Assembly: GCF_006345805.1 (NCBI RefSeq)
Contig: NC_043004.1
Location: forward strand, 57,288,001-57,352,000
DNA length: 64,000 nucleotides
Reading direction: 5' to 3'
Source of the DNA: Octopus sinensis
Taxonomy: Eukaryota
The notes beneath the pieces are model-generated. The model searched no databases. It worked only from the letters and a program-made list of their open reading frames with translations, and was not told where the DNA came from. The position numbers were made by a program, and so were the translations under genes. Position 1 is the first letter of the stretch. Every line of letters begins with the position of its first letter. This document shows, one piece after another, positions 1 through 13,480 of this stretch.

Positions 1-79
1 TGTATATGTGTGTGCGTGTATGTGGGTGTGGCTGTATGAATGTGTGTGTGTGTGTGTGTGTGTGTGGTTGTATGTATGT

Positions 80-760
80 TTGAGATTCTGTCGGTGTTGC
101 TGTCAATGGAGAAGTTGCTAGTGATGGTCAGTACCTTCTTGGATTTGATGTCCAAGCTGCGTATCTCGTCCTGTGTCCAGTTTAATATCCTAAATATTGG
201 TACTAGCACTGTCAATGTAAAGGTTTTCAGATATACATTAACTGCAAACAGCTCTAAGTTCCTATTTTCCCATATCTTTTGTTATTCTCGCTTTGGTAAG
301 ACATCTAACGTATGCAACATTCTCAACAATCCCGGGTTACTGGAATGTTTTATTAGAGATAGGGGAGATAGCCAAGGCGTTGACATATATGTTCTCTGTC
401 TGTTCGATAATCTTTTCTCGGTTGATAATCATGTATGGGCATTTATTATTCCCAACTCCATTCCAATTGTCTCTTCATGCTTATTATATTAGCAGAATAT
501 AACTTTATGTCATCAAAAAATGAGTTGGAGATATTGATATTATTTTCTTCTGCACATCCCAGAAATGGTATTTTTGTTAAAAGGAATGACAAGGAGGTAC
601 CTGCCAATACAAACAACATCACAGACGAACTATCGCCTAAAAATATGCATGTTGATAGCTTAATTCTGTGTGTAACAATATGTGTTGCTTTCATAGTTTC
701 TAGGATAACAGTGTGCCATTTTGTCGTCAGTTTTTCAATGGCATTCACTACGGCCGCTGG
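80..760 (-). mobile_element. Degenerate R4/Dong-clade non-LTR retrotransposon, RT-domain fragment
   Basis: Minus-strand translation gives IFLGDSSSVMLFVLAG...FFDDIKLY (cf. GIFQGDSLSPLLF / LFMDDLKLY) and, after frameshifts, ILNWTQDEIRSLDIKSKKVLT (cf. ILDWT..ELE.LD.KTRKLLT). Stops and frameshifts present. Confidence 0.8.
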
Positions 761-1479
761 TGTAGAGTTTCTATCATCCATGTATATGTATGTATTATGT
801 GAGCATGTATGTGTGTATGTATGTGCATGTGTTTGTGTATGTATGTATGAGTGTATGTATGTGTGTGTGTGTATGTGAACGCTTGGGAGTGTAGGTGAGC
901 ATACATGCATTGTAATGATCGCGGAATTATTACAAAATTTATTGTGACAGTTAAGGAAGGAATTGATACCTGTATTCCTCGCGATTGTTTTTGATTTCTG
1001 GCCTTTATCTTTCGAAGAAGCACGTGAATATCATAGCTTCGTACATTGATTCGTCATATCTCCCGTGATTTTACAGGTTTCTCAGCAGGAAGTACCAGCA
1101 AATATATAGTTTCAAATCAATTATCATTCTTTATACTTAGCTCTCCACAAACAGTTACTACAAAGCTGATCAAAATTAAATGACATTTACTGAGATAGCC
1201 TATATAAATAAAACATGGTGTAGCTGAGAAATTTCAATGTCTGTGTAAGCAATTGTAATATATAAAATGAATTGATAATAATTTAGTAACCATAGTTTCA
1301 AGATTCAGCAACATATTTCTTCATACATTTTAAGTTAAATATTACAATTTATCACAAAGTACATGTTTGCAATCATATCCTTGGGAAGTCAAACTGAGCA
1401 AAATACCTCTAGTTTAAAGTGGTAAAATGTAACTGGAAGGTGAGTTGCTGATAAATACAAATATATGCATACACACTTT

Positions 1480-1513
<34 letters not shown>

Positions 1514-1516
1514 ATA

Positions 1517-1549
<33 letters not shown>

Positions 1550-1554
1550 AAAAC

Positions 1555-1944
1555 TATTCTGTTACTCTCTGTTACTTGTTTCAGTCTTTTGACTGTGGCC
1601 ATGCTGGTGCACCGCCTTTAGTCGAGCAAATCGACTCCAGGACTTAATCTTCGTAAACCTAGTACTTATTCTATCGGTCTCTTTTGCCTAATCGCTAAGT
1701 TACTGGGACGTAAACACACCAGCATCAGTTGCCAAGCTACACAGAAACATATACGCACACATACATACATGTATACATATATACGACAGGCTTCTTTCAG
1801 TTTCCGTCTACCAAATCTACTCACAAGGCTTTGGTTGGTCCGAGGCTATATTGGAAGACACTTGTCCAAGGTGCTACGCAGTGGGACTGAACCTGGAACC
1901 ATGTGGTTGGTAAGCTAGCTACTTACCACACTGCCACTCCTGCG

Positions 1945-1946
<2 letters not shown>
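1555..1946 (-). mobile_element. tRNA-derived SINE family A (CORE-like body)
   Basis: Minus-strand head GGCGCAGGAGTGGCAGTGTGG with a B-box-like GGTTCAGTCC; body segment resembles the CORE motif TTGGGCAAGT; internal microsatellite; tail of the GTAA..GAG repeat type. Matches six other well-preserved copies in the window. Confidence 0.9.
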
Positions 1947-2001
<55 letters not shown>

Positions 2002-2499
2002 TGTGTGTGTGTGTGTGTGTGTGTGTGCCGTGTGTGCGTGTGTGCGCCCGTGTGTGTGTGTATCAAGTAATTCGTTTCCCGCGACTCAAGCTTCACAGAA
2101 CAAAAATACAATACACAACCTACCACATATCGACACACATTAATATGGCTGCTCGATTATGTGCGTACATAAATTACAAGCAGAAATCTGATTGAATTAT
2201 GTTGTCATTCCTTGCCATTATGTAAACCAACTGTAATCCAATCTATTCTGTCCCATTCATTAAATTGTTCTTTATAAGTACAATACGTGATGATTCCCTT
2301 ATGTCAAATATATACTTTCAAATCCTGTACGTTCAACATTATTTGCTTTCTTTCCACATTATATTATCATATTCCTTGGCCAGTCTTTGTGATTTGTTTA
2401 CCTATTATCTAGCAGTAGTAAAACTGAAGGGGAAATTACACTCAGTTGGTATTCTTTATCGATTTGAAAGGATATTCAGTGCGTGTATGTATAATGTAT

Positions 2500-2518
2500 G
2501 TATGTAAATATATCTATA

Positions 2519-2549
<31 letters not shown>

Positions 2550-2565
2550 ATATATCTATATATAT

Positions 2566-2619
<54 letters not shown>

Positions 2620-2628
2620 TATATATAT

Positions 2629-2675
<47 letters not shown>

Positions 2676-2905
2676 TGTATATATGCATGTATATAAGTAA
2701 ATATATGTATATATAAATATATATATATATAATATATGTGTGTGTGTGTATGTGAGTGTATGTGCGTGTGCATGTATATGTGTGTGTGTGAGTGTATGTG
2801 CGTGTGCATGTATATGTGTGTGTGTGTATGTGAGTGTATGTGCGTGTGCATGTATATGTGTGTGTGTGTGTGTCTGCGCGTCTGTCTGTATGAATGTGTG
2901 TGTCA
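2500..2905. repeat. Compound microsatellite (ATCT)n/(AT)n/(GT)n with three copies of a ~36-42 bp unit
   Basis: GAGTGTATGTGCGTGTGCATGTATATGTGTGTG recurs at about 2754, 2790 and 2832. Confidence 0.9.
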
Positions 2906-3960
2906 GAGCGGGAGAGAGAAATCTGATTTTTTTGCATTACTAGTGACTTTTATATTTATTCTGGATATAAGGGACTCGAGATCGTATTTACAACCATACA
3001 TATACTATACACATGCATACATCTATATATATGCGGTTACATGACTGCCTTTGCGAGTATTTCACGAATGACTCAGAATTTTGCTATTACTCCCCTCATA
3101 TGTTGCACATGTACGCTATTATTTATTTATGTAAAGGAGTCTGCCTGTGCAAGTCTGAGAGTGTGCCAATAAGTGTATGGGTATATACAACTGTATATAT
3201 TCATTGTATTAATACTTGTTTCATTTCTCTAATGTATTGACCATTTCATCAGACAAGAGAATGTAACTTTGAAAATCAGCGATGTGATATTTACAGCTGT
3301 CGTAATGTTTTATTTTATTTCTCCGTGTGTGCGTATATGTGTGCGTGAAGGAAACTATTAAGTGATAATTCTATAAAGCATTATCCGTACACATGTATAA
3401 TCATATCCCCATCTTTAATCTACAAAGGCATACAATAGTATGTTAATGAAAACGCAGAAAATAAACTGATATACATAAAGCATGTACAGAATTCGTAATA
3501 TAAAATGTTACGTGAGAGACAATCAAATATAATTCCTATGTGCAATCATTATTGCTTATGTCAGTAGTTTTATTTCCTATGAGGCATCCCTAACGCATGG
3601 AGCAATAACATTTTACTGAACGGAATCAATTTTAATAGCCATAAATAATCCATTATTTCTGCCTCCCAGCACCATGGCACTGAATGAAGAATGGAATGAA
3701 TGACGTTTAATTTACTATTTATCATTGTTTCTATTACAATCTCTTTGGCATTAGAACATGTTACTGTTCTGTTACACCTGTAGTTGTCAATTTGAACTCA
3801 ACACTGTGAAGTTATAAATATGAAGTCAAAATCTATTTCATAGACTACCGTGAAGATATGGCAAGGTTTATAGCGTCTTGTGAACAAACAGTTCACAAAG
3901 TTAAGAAGTTTGCTTCGCAGTCACGAAAAACTTAGGATTGATCCCTCGGTTAGGAAACTA

Positions 3961-4882
3961 TTAGTGTTGTTCGGAAAATTATAGATTATTTTAAAAATAT
4001 ACCCATATTCTTGAAAAATTGAAGTAGCACAAAGGTTTAATTATTCAAAATATGATACTTGAATAAGCTGTTCATTTCTCCCATCGATTAACACGGTCAC
4101 TTATGCCTCTTCGATAAAAATCTAAAGGTCTTGATGCCAAGAAATCCTTAAATTTAGTTTCGATCTCGGTTTTAGAACGGAGGGATATTTTGCTGTCTAT
4201 ATGCTTGATAAATTGGTAGTCGGTGGACAAGGGGAATACGGAAATTGTGGTCAAGTCTCGTATTTGCAAGTCTGTGAGCTTCTGTAGTTTCATCCTGGAA
4301 ATGTGTGGTCGAGCGTTGTTGGGGAGCGGAATTGGACCACGTCGATTAACAAGTGCAGGTCACATTTCGCACAAGTCAACACGCATTTCTTCAAGTTTCT
4401 CACAGACACCAAGCATATGAAATATTTCTCTGACAATTTGTAGTAGGTTTTGATTGGGCATTGTTTTCAAATACTGATCATCACAAAGGGAAGGACTCCT
4501 TTAGCTTTGTTGACCGTCAAGGCTCTCATTAGAATGTCTCAAATGTCTCTCTTCAGAATGACTCAAACCACCGTCATACTGTCCCATCACCAGTGGGCCC
4601 TTCACCCCATGGTCTGTTCATATTGTCGACTGTTTAAGAAGCATTAAGTCCAAGCTTGAATTTATGAAAAATATTGTAAACGCATTTCTTTCTTCAAGCT
4701 TGAAATTAAATATTACTCTTTAAAATTATAATCTGGAAGAAATCGATAAAAAATTGTTACAGGGTTTACATCAGTTATTAAGCATGTAAAATGTCGTTTA
4801 AAATATTACAAAAATAACATTTGGAATCGAATTTTAGAAAACGTTTTTCAGAAATATGACTGTATTTTTCGGAACAACCTAA
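3961..4882 (-). mobile_element. Internally deleted mariner transposon (Hsmar1-like)
   Basis: Imperfect TIRs TTAG(T)GTTGTTCGGAAAA and rc TTAGGTTGTTCCGAAAAA; TA at 3959-60 and 4883-84. Minus frame reads PALVNRRGPIPLPNNARPHISRMKLQKL...TDYQFIKH...FYRRGI...RWEK (catalytic C-term), fused directly to the HTH-region remnant PSLCDDQYLKT...VREIFHMLGV. Confidence 0.88.
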
Positions 4883-4907
4883 TATGATAAGTATTGTTTA
4901 ACCTTAC

Positions 4908-5093
4908 CTTAGGCCAACCCAAACAGAGAGGAAATGAGTAGAGGGGAGTTGCCCGGCACCTGTCTGGTAGATTGTAACTATTATTCAAATGCACAAGCTG
5001 TGTCACACTGATCTGATTAAGACTAAGATTTACTTCATCGTTGCATATATCCGTGGCATGGCTAGCGATATATTCAATGAACATTTAATGCAG
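4908..5093 (-). other. Exon-shaped segment (unassigned transcript)
   Basis: Acceptor tctacgccgtttctgttcag| and donor AAG|gtaagg on the minus strand; 186 nt. The only open frame starts at an internal ATG just after TAA (MFIEYIASH...GWPK). No protein family recognised. Confidence 0.3.
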
Positions 5094-5584
5094 CTGAACA
5101 GAAACGGCGTAGACACAACTACTTACTTTGGTAAATAAGATATTCAAAATTTTACTCATAGACAAAGAGGAAGATAGCTAATGCAAAACAGTTTCCATAA
5201 TTAGAATAAGAAACTGACAGATGCTTTTTATTTTCTCATCTGAATTAGATTCCTCAAAGTACACGTTAAAAAGCAATATGTTGTATATGCATAGTCACGT
5301 TTGTTCTGTAAATAGCTTTTTTCAGGTATTGAGAATATCAACCAAATCAACAGTTTTCAAACTCCTCTAGTAATAATAATCTAATAATTTCAAAATTTCT
5401 TACAATAAACAAAAACCGTGATAAGAACAGAATACGAACACAATACGTACTACGTGCAGCAATGGATGTATATATGAATATCACTCATAATAACTGGATA
5501 GCGATACCTTGGAAGTGAGTTGGTAAAAATCATATACAAGCCAACAGTAACTTACATAAATGAAACTATAAATTAAACATATCC

Positions 5585-5792
5585 TCGTTTACTCTCTTTT
5601 ACTTGTTTGTCATTTGACTACGGCCATGCTGGAGCACCGCCTTTAGTCGAGCAAATCGACCCCGGAACTTATTCTTTGTAAGCCCAGTACTTATTCTATC
5701 GGTCTCTTTTGCCGAACCGCTAAGTGACAGGGACGTCAACACACCAGCATCGGTTGTCAGGCAATGCTAGGGGGACAAACACAGACACACAA

Positions 5793-5827
<35 letters not shown>

Positions 5828-5998
5828 CATATATACGAGAGGCTTCTTTCAGTTTTCGTCTACCAAATCCACTCACAAGGCATTGGTCGACCCGGGGCTA
5901 TAGCAGAAGTCACTTGCCCAAGATGCCACACAGTGTGACTGAACCCGGAACCATGTGGTTGGTTAGCAAGCTACTTACCACACAGCCACTCCTGCGCC
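5585..5998 (-). mobile_element. SINE family A, full length
   Basis: Near-identical to 53543-53965 and 59847-60265. Confidence 0.92.
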
Positions 5999-6174
5999 TA
6001 TATATTTATAAAGTATTATGATTCTTTATCTGTGAAACATACAGAGTGTTTCCGGAGACACTGTATGTCAATTCTTATAATGTCTGTCTAAAAATACATT
6101 TCTCTTCTTTTACATCATTGTGCCTCTTTTCCCAAGCATAGGACTACCTCTCGTGCATGACACACAAATATATG

Positions 6175-6401
6175 TTTCTTTATTACCCACAAGGGGCTAA
6201 ACACAGAAGGGACAAACAAGGACAGACAAACGGATTAAGTCGATTACATCGACCCCAGTGCGTAACTGGTACTTAATTTATCGACCACGTAAGGATGAAT
6301 GGCAAAGTCGACATCGGGAATTTGAACTCAGAACGTAACGGCAGACGAAATACCGCTAAGCTTTTCGCCTGGAGTGCTAACGTTTCTGCCACCTCGCCGC
6401 C
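6175..6401 (-). mobile_element. tRNA-derived SINE family B
   Basis: Minus head GGCGGCGAGGTGGCAGAAACGTTAGCAC, B-box-like GAGTTCAAATTC, body GGGGTCGATGTAATCGAC, tail AGCCCCTTGTGGGTAATAAAGAAA. Confidence 0.9.
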
Positions 6402-7319
6402 TATACACAAATATAGACACACACATACACACGCACAGACTTTGTACGTGTGCCTTTCTAAAGCATAAATCTATCAATCTATCCGCGTCCCTATTTCCGT
6501 GTATGTATATGCATACTAATCTATGTGTGATTTTGTGTAGGTGCGATTTAGTGTACACATATTCAATTGTGTAGAGTGATAATCGTGCACAAGAAAACAG
6601 AGAGCTATGATTTGGTTATTAACCAGGGCGAGAAACACTGACAAGCAACTCACCAGGGGGATTGACTCTTAACAACAACCTACATAATCACTAAAGAGAA
6701 TTCCTCATCATCATCACTTACATAAAAAAATAACTACTACAACTATTTTCAGCAATCTTACATACACTGTTATCAGCAGAGGCAAATATAGATATCTTTA
6801 CTATACGTAATAGCAAAAATACTTAACCGGACTGTTATTTCCAACCGCATTGCTACCAATCTTTGTTTGGAAAACAAAAATTATGAATGTAAGCAATGGT
6901 GGTTTTCCATGATGGCTAGTAGCACACCAGGTTCACTGTTGGTTTTGACAGAGTGCCAAAAAAGCTATTAGTTGAAATGGCTTCAAACTCTATTGGTTCG
7001 GATACATGACACATGTCTTTGGAATGCATTATGTTTTTAATCCATTTACTTACTACGCTGTTTCCAGTGGTTCGTGCTAACCATTCTATAGTTCATTCTC
7101 ACAAATTAGTGTATATTGTACTTTAACATCCTCTTATGATTTATACCTATCGTTCTCCTATTCACATTTTCAAAAATACATACATTCGAATATCTACTTA
7201 CAATTGTGTGTAAAAATATGCATATAAAATTTGAAGATACATGCACACACAAACACACGCATATCAGCTTATGCATATATATATAACATTTAATATACAT
7301 ACATAGACAGACACACACG

Positions 7320-7370
<51 letters not shown>

Positions 7371-7628
7371 ATAAGCATGCATATAGATCTACTTGTATAA
7401 ATATATTCATATAAACACTCACACACACACATATATACACGCGTACACACACACAAACACATAGATATAAAGATAGATATTAAGATATAGAGATGTATAT
7501 ATGTCTGTCTGTCTAGCTACCAATTTATCTATATATCTACCTTCTATCTCTATCTATTTATCTACCTACATATCTATCTATCTATCTATCCATTTATATA
7601 TATATATTATATATATATAATATATTAT

Positions 7629-7666
<38 letters not shown>

Positions 7667-8027
7667 CGGTTGTGTGTATGTATATGCATATATATCATTA
7701 AATTAATTTTTTTCAGTTGAATGTGCTATGAATGACATTTCTCGGGATATGATTTTTAAGATACGTCCTCAAATCAACTTTCATCATATAAATATAACGT
7801 AGAAAATGAATATAAACAGATATAATTATGTCAAAATTGCATCGCAAAAAAGAAAAAAAAATAAGACTTAATGAAGTGAAATTTATTCTAGTAAATGTTA
7901 TATGTTGGATTCATTTCAAATGCACGAATCAAAACTATGGAGTTCTGAAGTAAACCAGTGATGCAGTCGTGAGATCTGATCTATATTGTCATTAAGATAT
8001 TACGTAAAGTACACAAACACAATGCAG

Positions 8028-8059
<32 letters not shown>

Positions 8060-8438
8060 GAACCACTCCGTCGGTTACGACGACGAGGGTTCCGGTTGAT
8101 CCGAATCAACGGAACAGCCTGCTCGTGAAATTAACGTGTACGTGACTGAACACTCCACAGACACGTGTACCCTTAACGTAGTTCTCGGGGATATTCAGCG
8201 TGACACAGAGAGTGACAAGGCCGGCCCTTTGAAATACAGGTACAACAGACACAGAAATTAAGAGTGAGAGAAAGTTGTGGTGAAATAGTACAGCAAGGAT
8301 CACCACCATCCCCTGCCGGAGCCTCGTGGAGCTTTAGGTGTTTTCGCTGAATAAACACTCACAACGCCCGGTCTGGGAATCGAAACCGCGATCCTGACCG
8401 CGAGTCCGCTGCCCTAACCACTGGGCCATTGCACCTCC
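8060..8438 (-). mobile_element. tRNA-derived SINE family D head with family C-type 3' half
   Basis: Minus head GGAGGTGCAATGGCCCAGTGGTTAGGGC...GGTTTCGATTCC; the 3' half (TACCTGTATTTCAAAGGGCC...CGTAACCGACGGAGTG) matches 57710-57891. Confidence 0.88.
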
Positions 8439-8459
8439 GCATATATATGTATATATATA

Positions 8460-8504
<45 letters not shown>

Positions 8505-8514
8505 TATATATATA

Positions 8515-8556
<42 letters not shown>

Positions 8557-8650
8557 TATATATATATATATATAGTGAAAGAGAGAGAGAGAGAGAGTGC
8601 GAGAGAGAGATAAATAGATGGACAGATATATATATATATAATATATATAT

Positions 8651-8937
8651 GGTTTAGTGGTTAGATCAGTGGACTCGCGGTCGAGGGATCGCAGGATCGA
8701 ATCTCTGACCGAGTGATATGTGTGTTTATGAGCGAAACACCTAAGATCTACGCGGCTCCGGCATAAGGTTATGGCGACTTTCTGCTGACGCTTTCGCCAC
8801 AGCTTTTTCTCACTCATTCCTCCTGAATCTTGGAGCTCACCTCCGACGGACTGGCTTCACGTCCAGGTGGGGAACCTATACGCCAAGGAAACCGGAAAAC
8901 AGGCCCTTATGAGCTAGGCGTGGCTCGAGAAAGAACA

Positions 8938-8942
<5 letters not shown>
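8651..8942 (+). mobile_element. SINE family D with V-domain-like tail
   Basis: tRNA-like head with A/B boxes; contains GGACTGGCTTCACGTCCAGG, resembling the V-SINE core GGACTGGCGTCCCGTCCAGG; homologous to 39852-40138. Confidence 0.82.
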
Positions 8943-8988
<46 letters not shown>

Positions 8989-9005
8989 ATAATTAATATA
9001 TATAT

Positions 9006-9077
<72 letters not shown>

Positions 9078-11137
9078 CACATGCATAATAAACACACACA
9101 CACACACAACAGGTGTTACAAAGTTTTCGGAAGTTAATTGTTGCTGCTGTTCTTTTTTTCTTTTTATTCAATAAAACTTTTTCCAAAATTGGCCAGCCCT
9201 GTGGTCGAAACAAAAACTATGTTGCGCGTATTTGTCCATATATTTCATAACCACAGGGACATGCATTTATACACCGAATTCTCCCGTGTTTACGACGAAA
9301 TAAAATAACCGAACCGTTAATTATCTATCGTCTAGTCATTACGCAACAAACATCGTGAGTGTTAACCTATGCAACAATAAATTTTGATAGATGGTCAATT
9401 GTCATCTGACGTCAGAAATTTTCAAAAGATTTTTTTAATGCAGCGAAATACTGAATTGATAGATGTGTCGTGCAGTAAAATGATTTCTAATTTATTATCT
9501 TGTAATATTTATGGAGACTGTAATATTTATGCAGACTTTTATGTTTTCATTCATTGAGTTGCACTCATGATGTTATATTGGTAATATCCACATCAGTAGT
9601 TCTTTCAACACGGTAATACCATCAATATAGGACATACACTCACTCGTCTATGTATGTATGTATCAATCTGTTTCTCTCTATACCACTGTATCGACCAGAC
9701 TAAAGGATGTTGATATGCACCGCAGGTCACAAGGCGCTTCCTTGCATAGTATATATACTTATATATATATATATATATATATTATATACGCTCGGACACA
9801 CCATACACACACTGCACACACATATATACATATATGTATGTATGTTCGTAGGTTTCACGGATTTCATGCGCTGAATACCATACATAAAGAAATAGCTTAT
9901 ATCTGGCTGTGGTTGAATGTTGCCTCTCTCTACTTACCGTGAAGTGATATTGAATTTGGTATCTTTTGGTTACGAATTTTCATGGAATTCGTTGCGAAAC
10001 AAATTTCATACGCGCACCACTTGGAAGCTGGCCTGTATATTTCAAATACTGTGGTCATGAATATCGTTTGACCAGTTTTAGAAACCTACTGGAAGAAATT
10101 GGAAGTACACCAAAACTAAGAACGATAATTTGATTTCGCATAGAACTGAGTTGTTTTCTGCATGAAACTGTGAGTAGTCAACTCTAGTGCTTCTAATTTG
10201 TTTTTGTGACTCTACTGTCAAAATGGTAAAAATTAAATTCATACTAGTACGACAGAAAACTAAAGATAGAAAATTATTTGATCAACTGACTTCAAAATGC
10301 TTCAGGCTTAAAAGAAATACGAAATGTCCTGTTTAGTTATGACCTTTTACTCGACCCATAAATTTATAACAACTAGCGCTGCATCATTGAAGAGCTGGTT
10401 TATCTTAACAGTTATAAAATACTTCAGATCTATACAAGTGCTAACCTTTTACAAATAACTATATGTTTCAAGTTCGAGTACTTATATTATTCCTGATTAT
10501 AGAAATCGTAGCCAGTTATGTAAGAGGGAATCTGGTACAAAGAGCTCTCTACTCGGTTGCTAGACATGTTAAGGGGAGCTGTCTAATCTCACCCATTCAA
10601 CAAATCATCTAACGAACCATGAATGGCTGAATATTGTAAAGGTGGAATAATCAATGCTGCGTTTACTCAACCATGTTGAACTTGGGTTAAAATAAAGAGT
10701 GGCAGGGGTTCCTGTCGAAGATTTACGTTTGGATTAGAACCATGTAACCTAAGAATATATGTTTTGTACATTAGGCCATTTTCTGAAGTCTTTCCACTAT
10801 ATAATCAGAAGTAGTTTGAGTCCCTGTTGAATTCGAAGGAATCGTCTGAAGTTTAATGAGCATACATTCGATAACAGTAAAATGGAAAGAAAAAGTTTAA
10901 ATTGAGAAGGCCTAAATGAATAAAAAATATCAATAATAAGGCTAAATATTTGCTGTCATCAAGGTGATACGAGGCACATCTTATTATTGAGAATTTAAAG
11001 TTATCTCGTTCCTTATGGGAGAGCGAATTGGTAACGAGACGGTGAATTGCACAGAAAAAAAGCAAATTGTTTTAAAGGTACCAACGCATTTGCTTAGGAT
11101 AAGGACAGCAATATGAAACCAGCGTTGTCATTATTAA

Positions 11138-11330
11138 GGCAGCGAGCTTGGAGAAGCGTTAGCACGTCGGACAGCATGCTTGCATTTCTTCTGGTTCTTT
11201 ACTTCCTGAGTTCGAATTCCGCCGAAGTTAACTTTGTCTTTCATGCATTGAGTTCAATGACATGCAGTACCAGTCAAATAATTGACTTCCCTCACCTCAA
11301 AATAATTGCAGACATTTTTGCCAAAATTAG
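11138..11330 (+). mobile_element. Degenerate SINE family B
   Basis: GGCAGCGAGCTTGG...GTTAGCACGTCGG...GAGTTCGAATTCCGCCGAAGT. Confidence 0.75.
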
Positions 11331-11861
11331 AATAAATTATAAAATGTGATAAATTTCATAGCGGACATTATGCATTTTTCGTGCTTAGTTGCATTTATTC
11401 ACATCCTAAACTCAATGTTAATGAGTCATCACCTTTCTTTCTTTTGTGAATGTTAAGTTCCAGTTAAATATCGCTTGACTATATTAAATTCGCTTTACCA
11501 ACTATATATGCGGGGTTGATTACTATTTAAGATGAATTGATATTGAGTGTGTCGAATATATGGGTTACATGATTGTCAATAGAGAGCTTAACAAAAATAT
11601 CATTTCCTTACTCGCACGAAGTGAAATCTTTTACGTTATGACGCCTTAGCACAGACTACAGTAGCACATGGATGGAAGGGAATCATAAATGTTTTTCGGA
11701 ATAGCAGATATATATTTCATTGAGACAGGAGCTGTTCTAATTTTCCAATCACACACCAATACACGCCAAAATATTTTCTGTAGTAGTATTGGCTGTCGTA
11801 GCAGCAGCAGCTTTATTGTTGTTGTTTTATTAATAATAAACTTTTCTATAATGGAGACGAA

Positions 11862-12040
11862 GCCTGAAGTTTGGGGTGAGGGGGTGAGTCGATTACATCG
11901 ACCCTAGTGATTGAATGATACTTATTTAATCAAACTCCGAAAGGATGAAAGGTAAATCGGCCTCGATGGATTTTGAATTCAGAGTGTGAAGACAGGCGAA
12001 ATATTGCCTGCAAGCTAAATGATTCTGCTTGCTCGCCACC
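11862..12040 (-). mobile_element. Degenerate SINE family B
   Basis: Reverse complement of the family B head and GTCGATGTAATCGAC body. Confidence 0.75.
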
Positions 12041-12074
12041 TTTGTTTTATTATTATTAAGTATAATATTAATAA

Positions 12075-12400
12075 GGCGGTGAGCTGGCAGAGACGTTAGA
12101 ACGCCGGGCGAAATTCTTAGAACGTAAAGACGGACGAAATAGTTGGTGTGAAGGCGGCGAGCTGGCAGAATCGTTAGCACGTCGGGCGAAATGCTTAGCG
12201 GTATTTCGGCTGCCGTTACTCAGAACGTAAAGACGGACGAAATACCGCTGAGTTCAAATTATGCCGATGTTGACTTGCCCTTTCTTCCTTTCGGGGTCGA
12301 TAAACTAAGCTCCAGTTGCGTACTGGGGTCCATCTAATCGACTAGCCACCTCCCCCGAAATTTCAGGTCTTGTGCATATAGTAGAAAGAAAAGGATTATT
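12075..12400 (+). mobile_element. SINE family B carrying a complex templated insertion
   Basis: Head is interrupted at 12120 by inverted self-copies and an 82-bp exact inverted copy of 12783-12864 (see findings). Confidence 0.88.
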
Positions 12401-12628
12401 AATAATAATAATGTGATGAGCTGGTAGAACTGTCAACTGGGGAAACCAATGTTTAACAGTATATCTTGTAGTTCTCCTTTCTTCTTCTTCAAATATCGAA
12501 AAAAAAAATCCACTTAGCACTTTTATACTTTTGGTGTTGAGAAAATAAGAACTAGCCGAGCACTGAAACCGTCATCAACTTTTTTAATACAGAACGAATA
12601 AGTATGACTATCACTATTGCTTATTACC

Positions 12629-12858
12629 TATTTCTTTATTACCCACAAGGGGCTAAACATAGAGGGGACAAACATAGGTATTAAGTCGATTACATCGACA
12701 CCAGTGCGTAACTGGTACTTAATTTATCGACCCCGAAAGGATGAAAGGCAAAGTCGACCTGGGCGGAATTTGAACTAACAACGTAACGGCAGCCGAAATA
12801 CCGCTAAGCATTTCGCCCGACGTGCTAACGATTCTGCCAGCTCGCCGCCTTCACACCA
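12629..12858 (-). mobile_element. SINE family B, full length, with 16-bp target-site duplication
   Basis: TSD ACTATTGCTTATTACC at 12613-12628 and 12859-12874. Confidence 0.95.
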
Positions 12859-12875
12859 ACTATTGCTTATTACCA

Positions 12876-13070
12876 GCATTTCGTACGTCTTCGCGTCTCA
12901 CTGCAAATCCAGCCAAGGTCGAATTTACCTTTCATCCATTTCGAAGACGATAAAATAAGTACCTGTTGAGCACTGTAAGGTCAATGTAATCGATTTACCC
13001 ACATCTCCGATATTACCAGCTTTGAACCAAAATTTGAAATCATCATTATCATCATCATCATCATCATCAC

Positions 13071-13130
<60 letters not shown>

Positions 13131-13270
13131 CATCATTATTTCACGTTCTAAGTTCAAATTATACCAAAGTCGACTTGCCTTTCGTCATTTCGAGGTGGAT
13201 AAATGAAGTGCCAGTCAATTACTGGGATCGATGAGACTATTCCCCTCCCCACAAATTTCACACCTTCTGC
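12876..13270 (+). mobile_element. Two truncated, degenerate family B SINEs separated by (ATC)n(ATT)n
   Basis: B-type body at about 12876-13030 and 13141-13270. Confidence 0.7.
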
Positions 13271-13274
13271 TTTT

Positions 13275-13333
13275 TAGCAGAAAAAATCATCATCATCATC
13301 ATCATCATCCTCGCTATTCTCGTTATTATAAAT

Positions 13334-13366
<33 letters not shown>

Positions 13367-13480
13367 GGTGATGGTGGTGTTATCATTATTATTATTAGTA
13401 GTAGTAGTAGTAGTAATAGTAGTAGTAAAAGGAGCATCAGCAGCCCCAGTAGCAGTGGTAATAGAAGTAGTAGCAGTAGT
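13275..13480. repeat. Compound trinucleotide microsatellite (ATC/GTT/ATT/GTA/GCA)
   Basis: Direct reading. Confidence 0.9.

Noticed and set aside
40-492. 150-aa plus-strand ORF
   Set aside because: Antisense to the R4 RT fragment and starts in a (GT)n tract.
3850-3934. Possible terminal exon YREDMARFIASCEQTVHKVKKFASQSRKT*
   Set aside because: Only a modest acceptor, no recognisable homology and no linked upstream exon.
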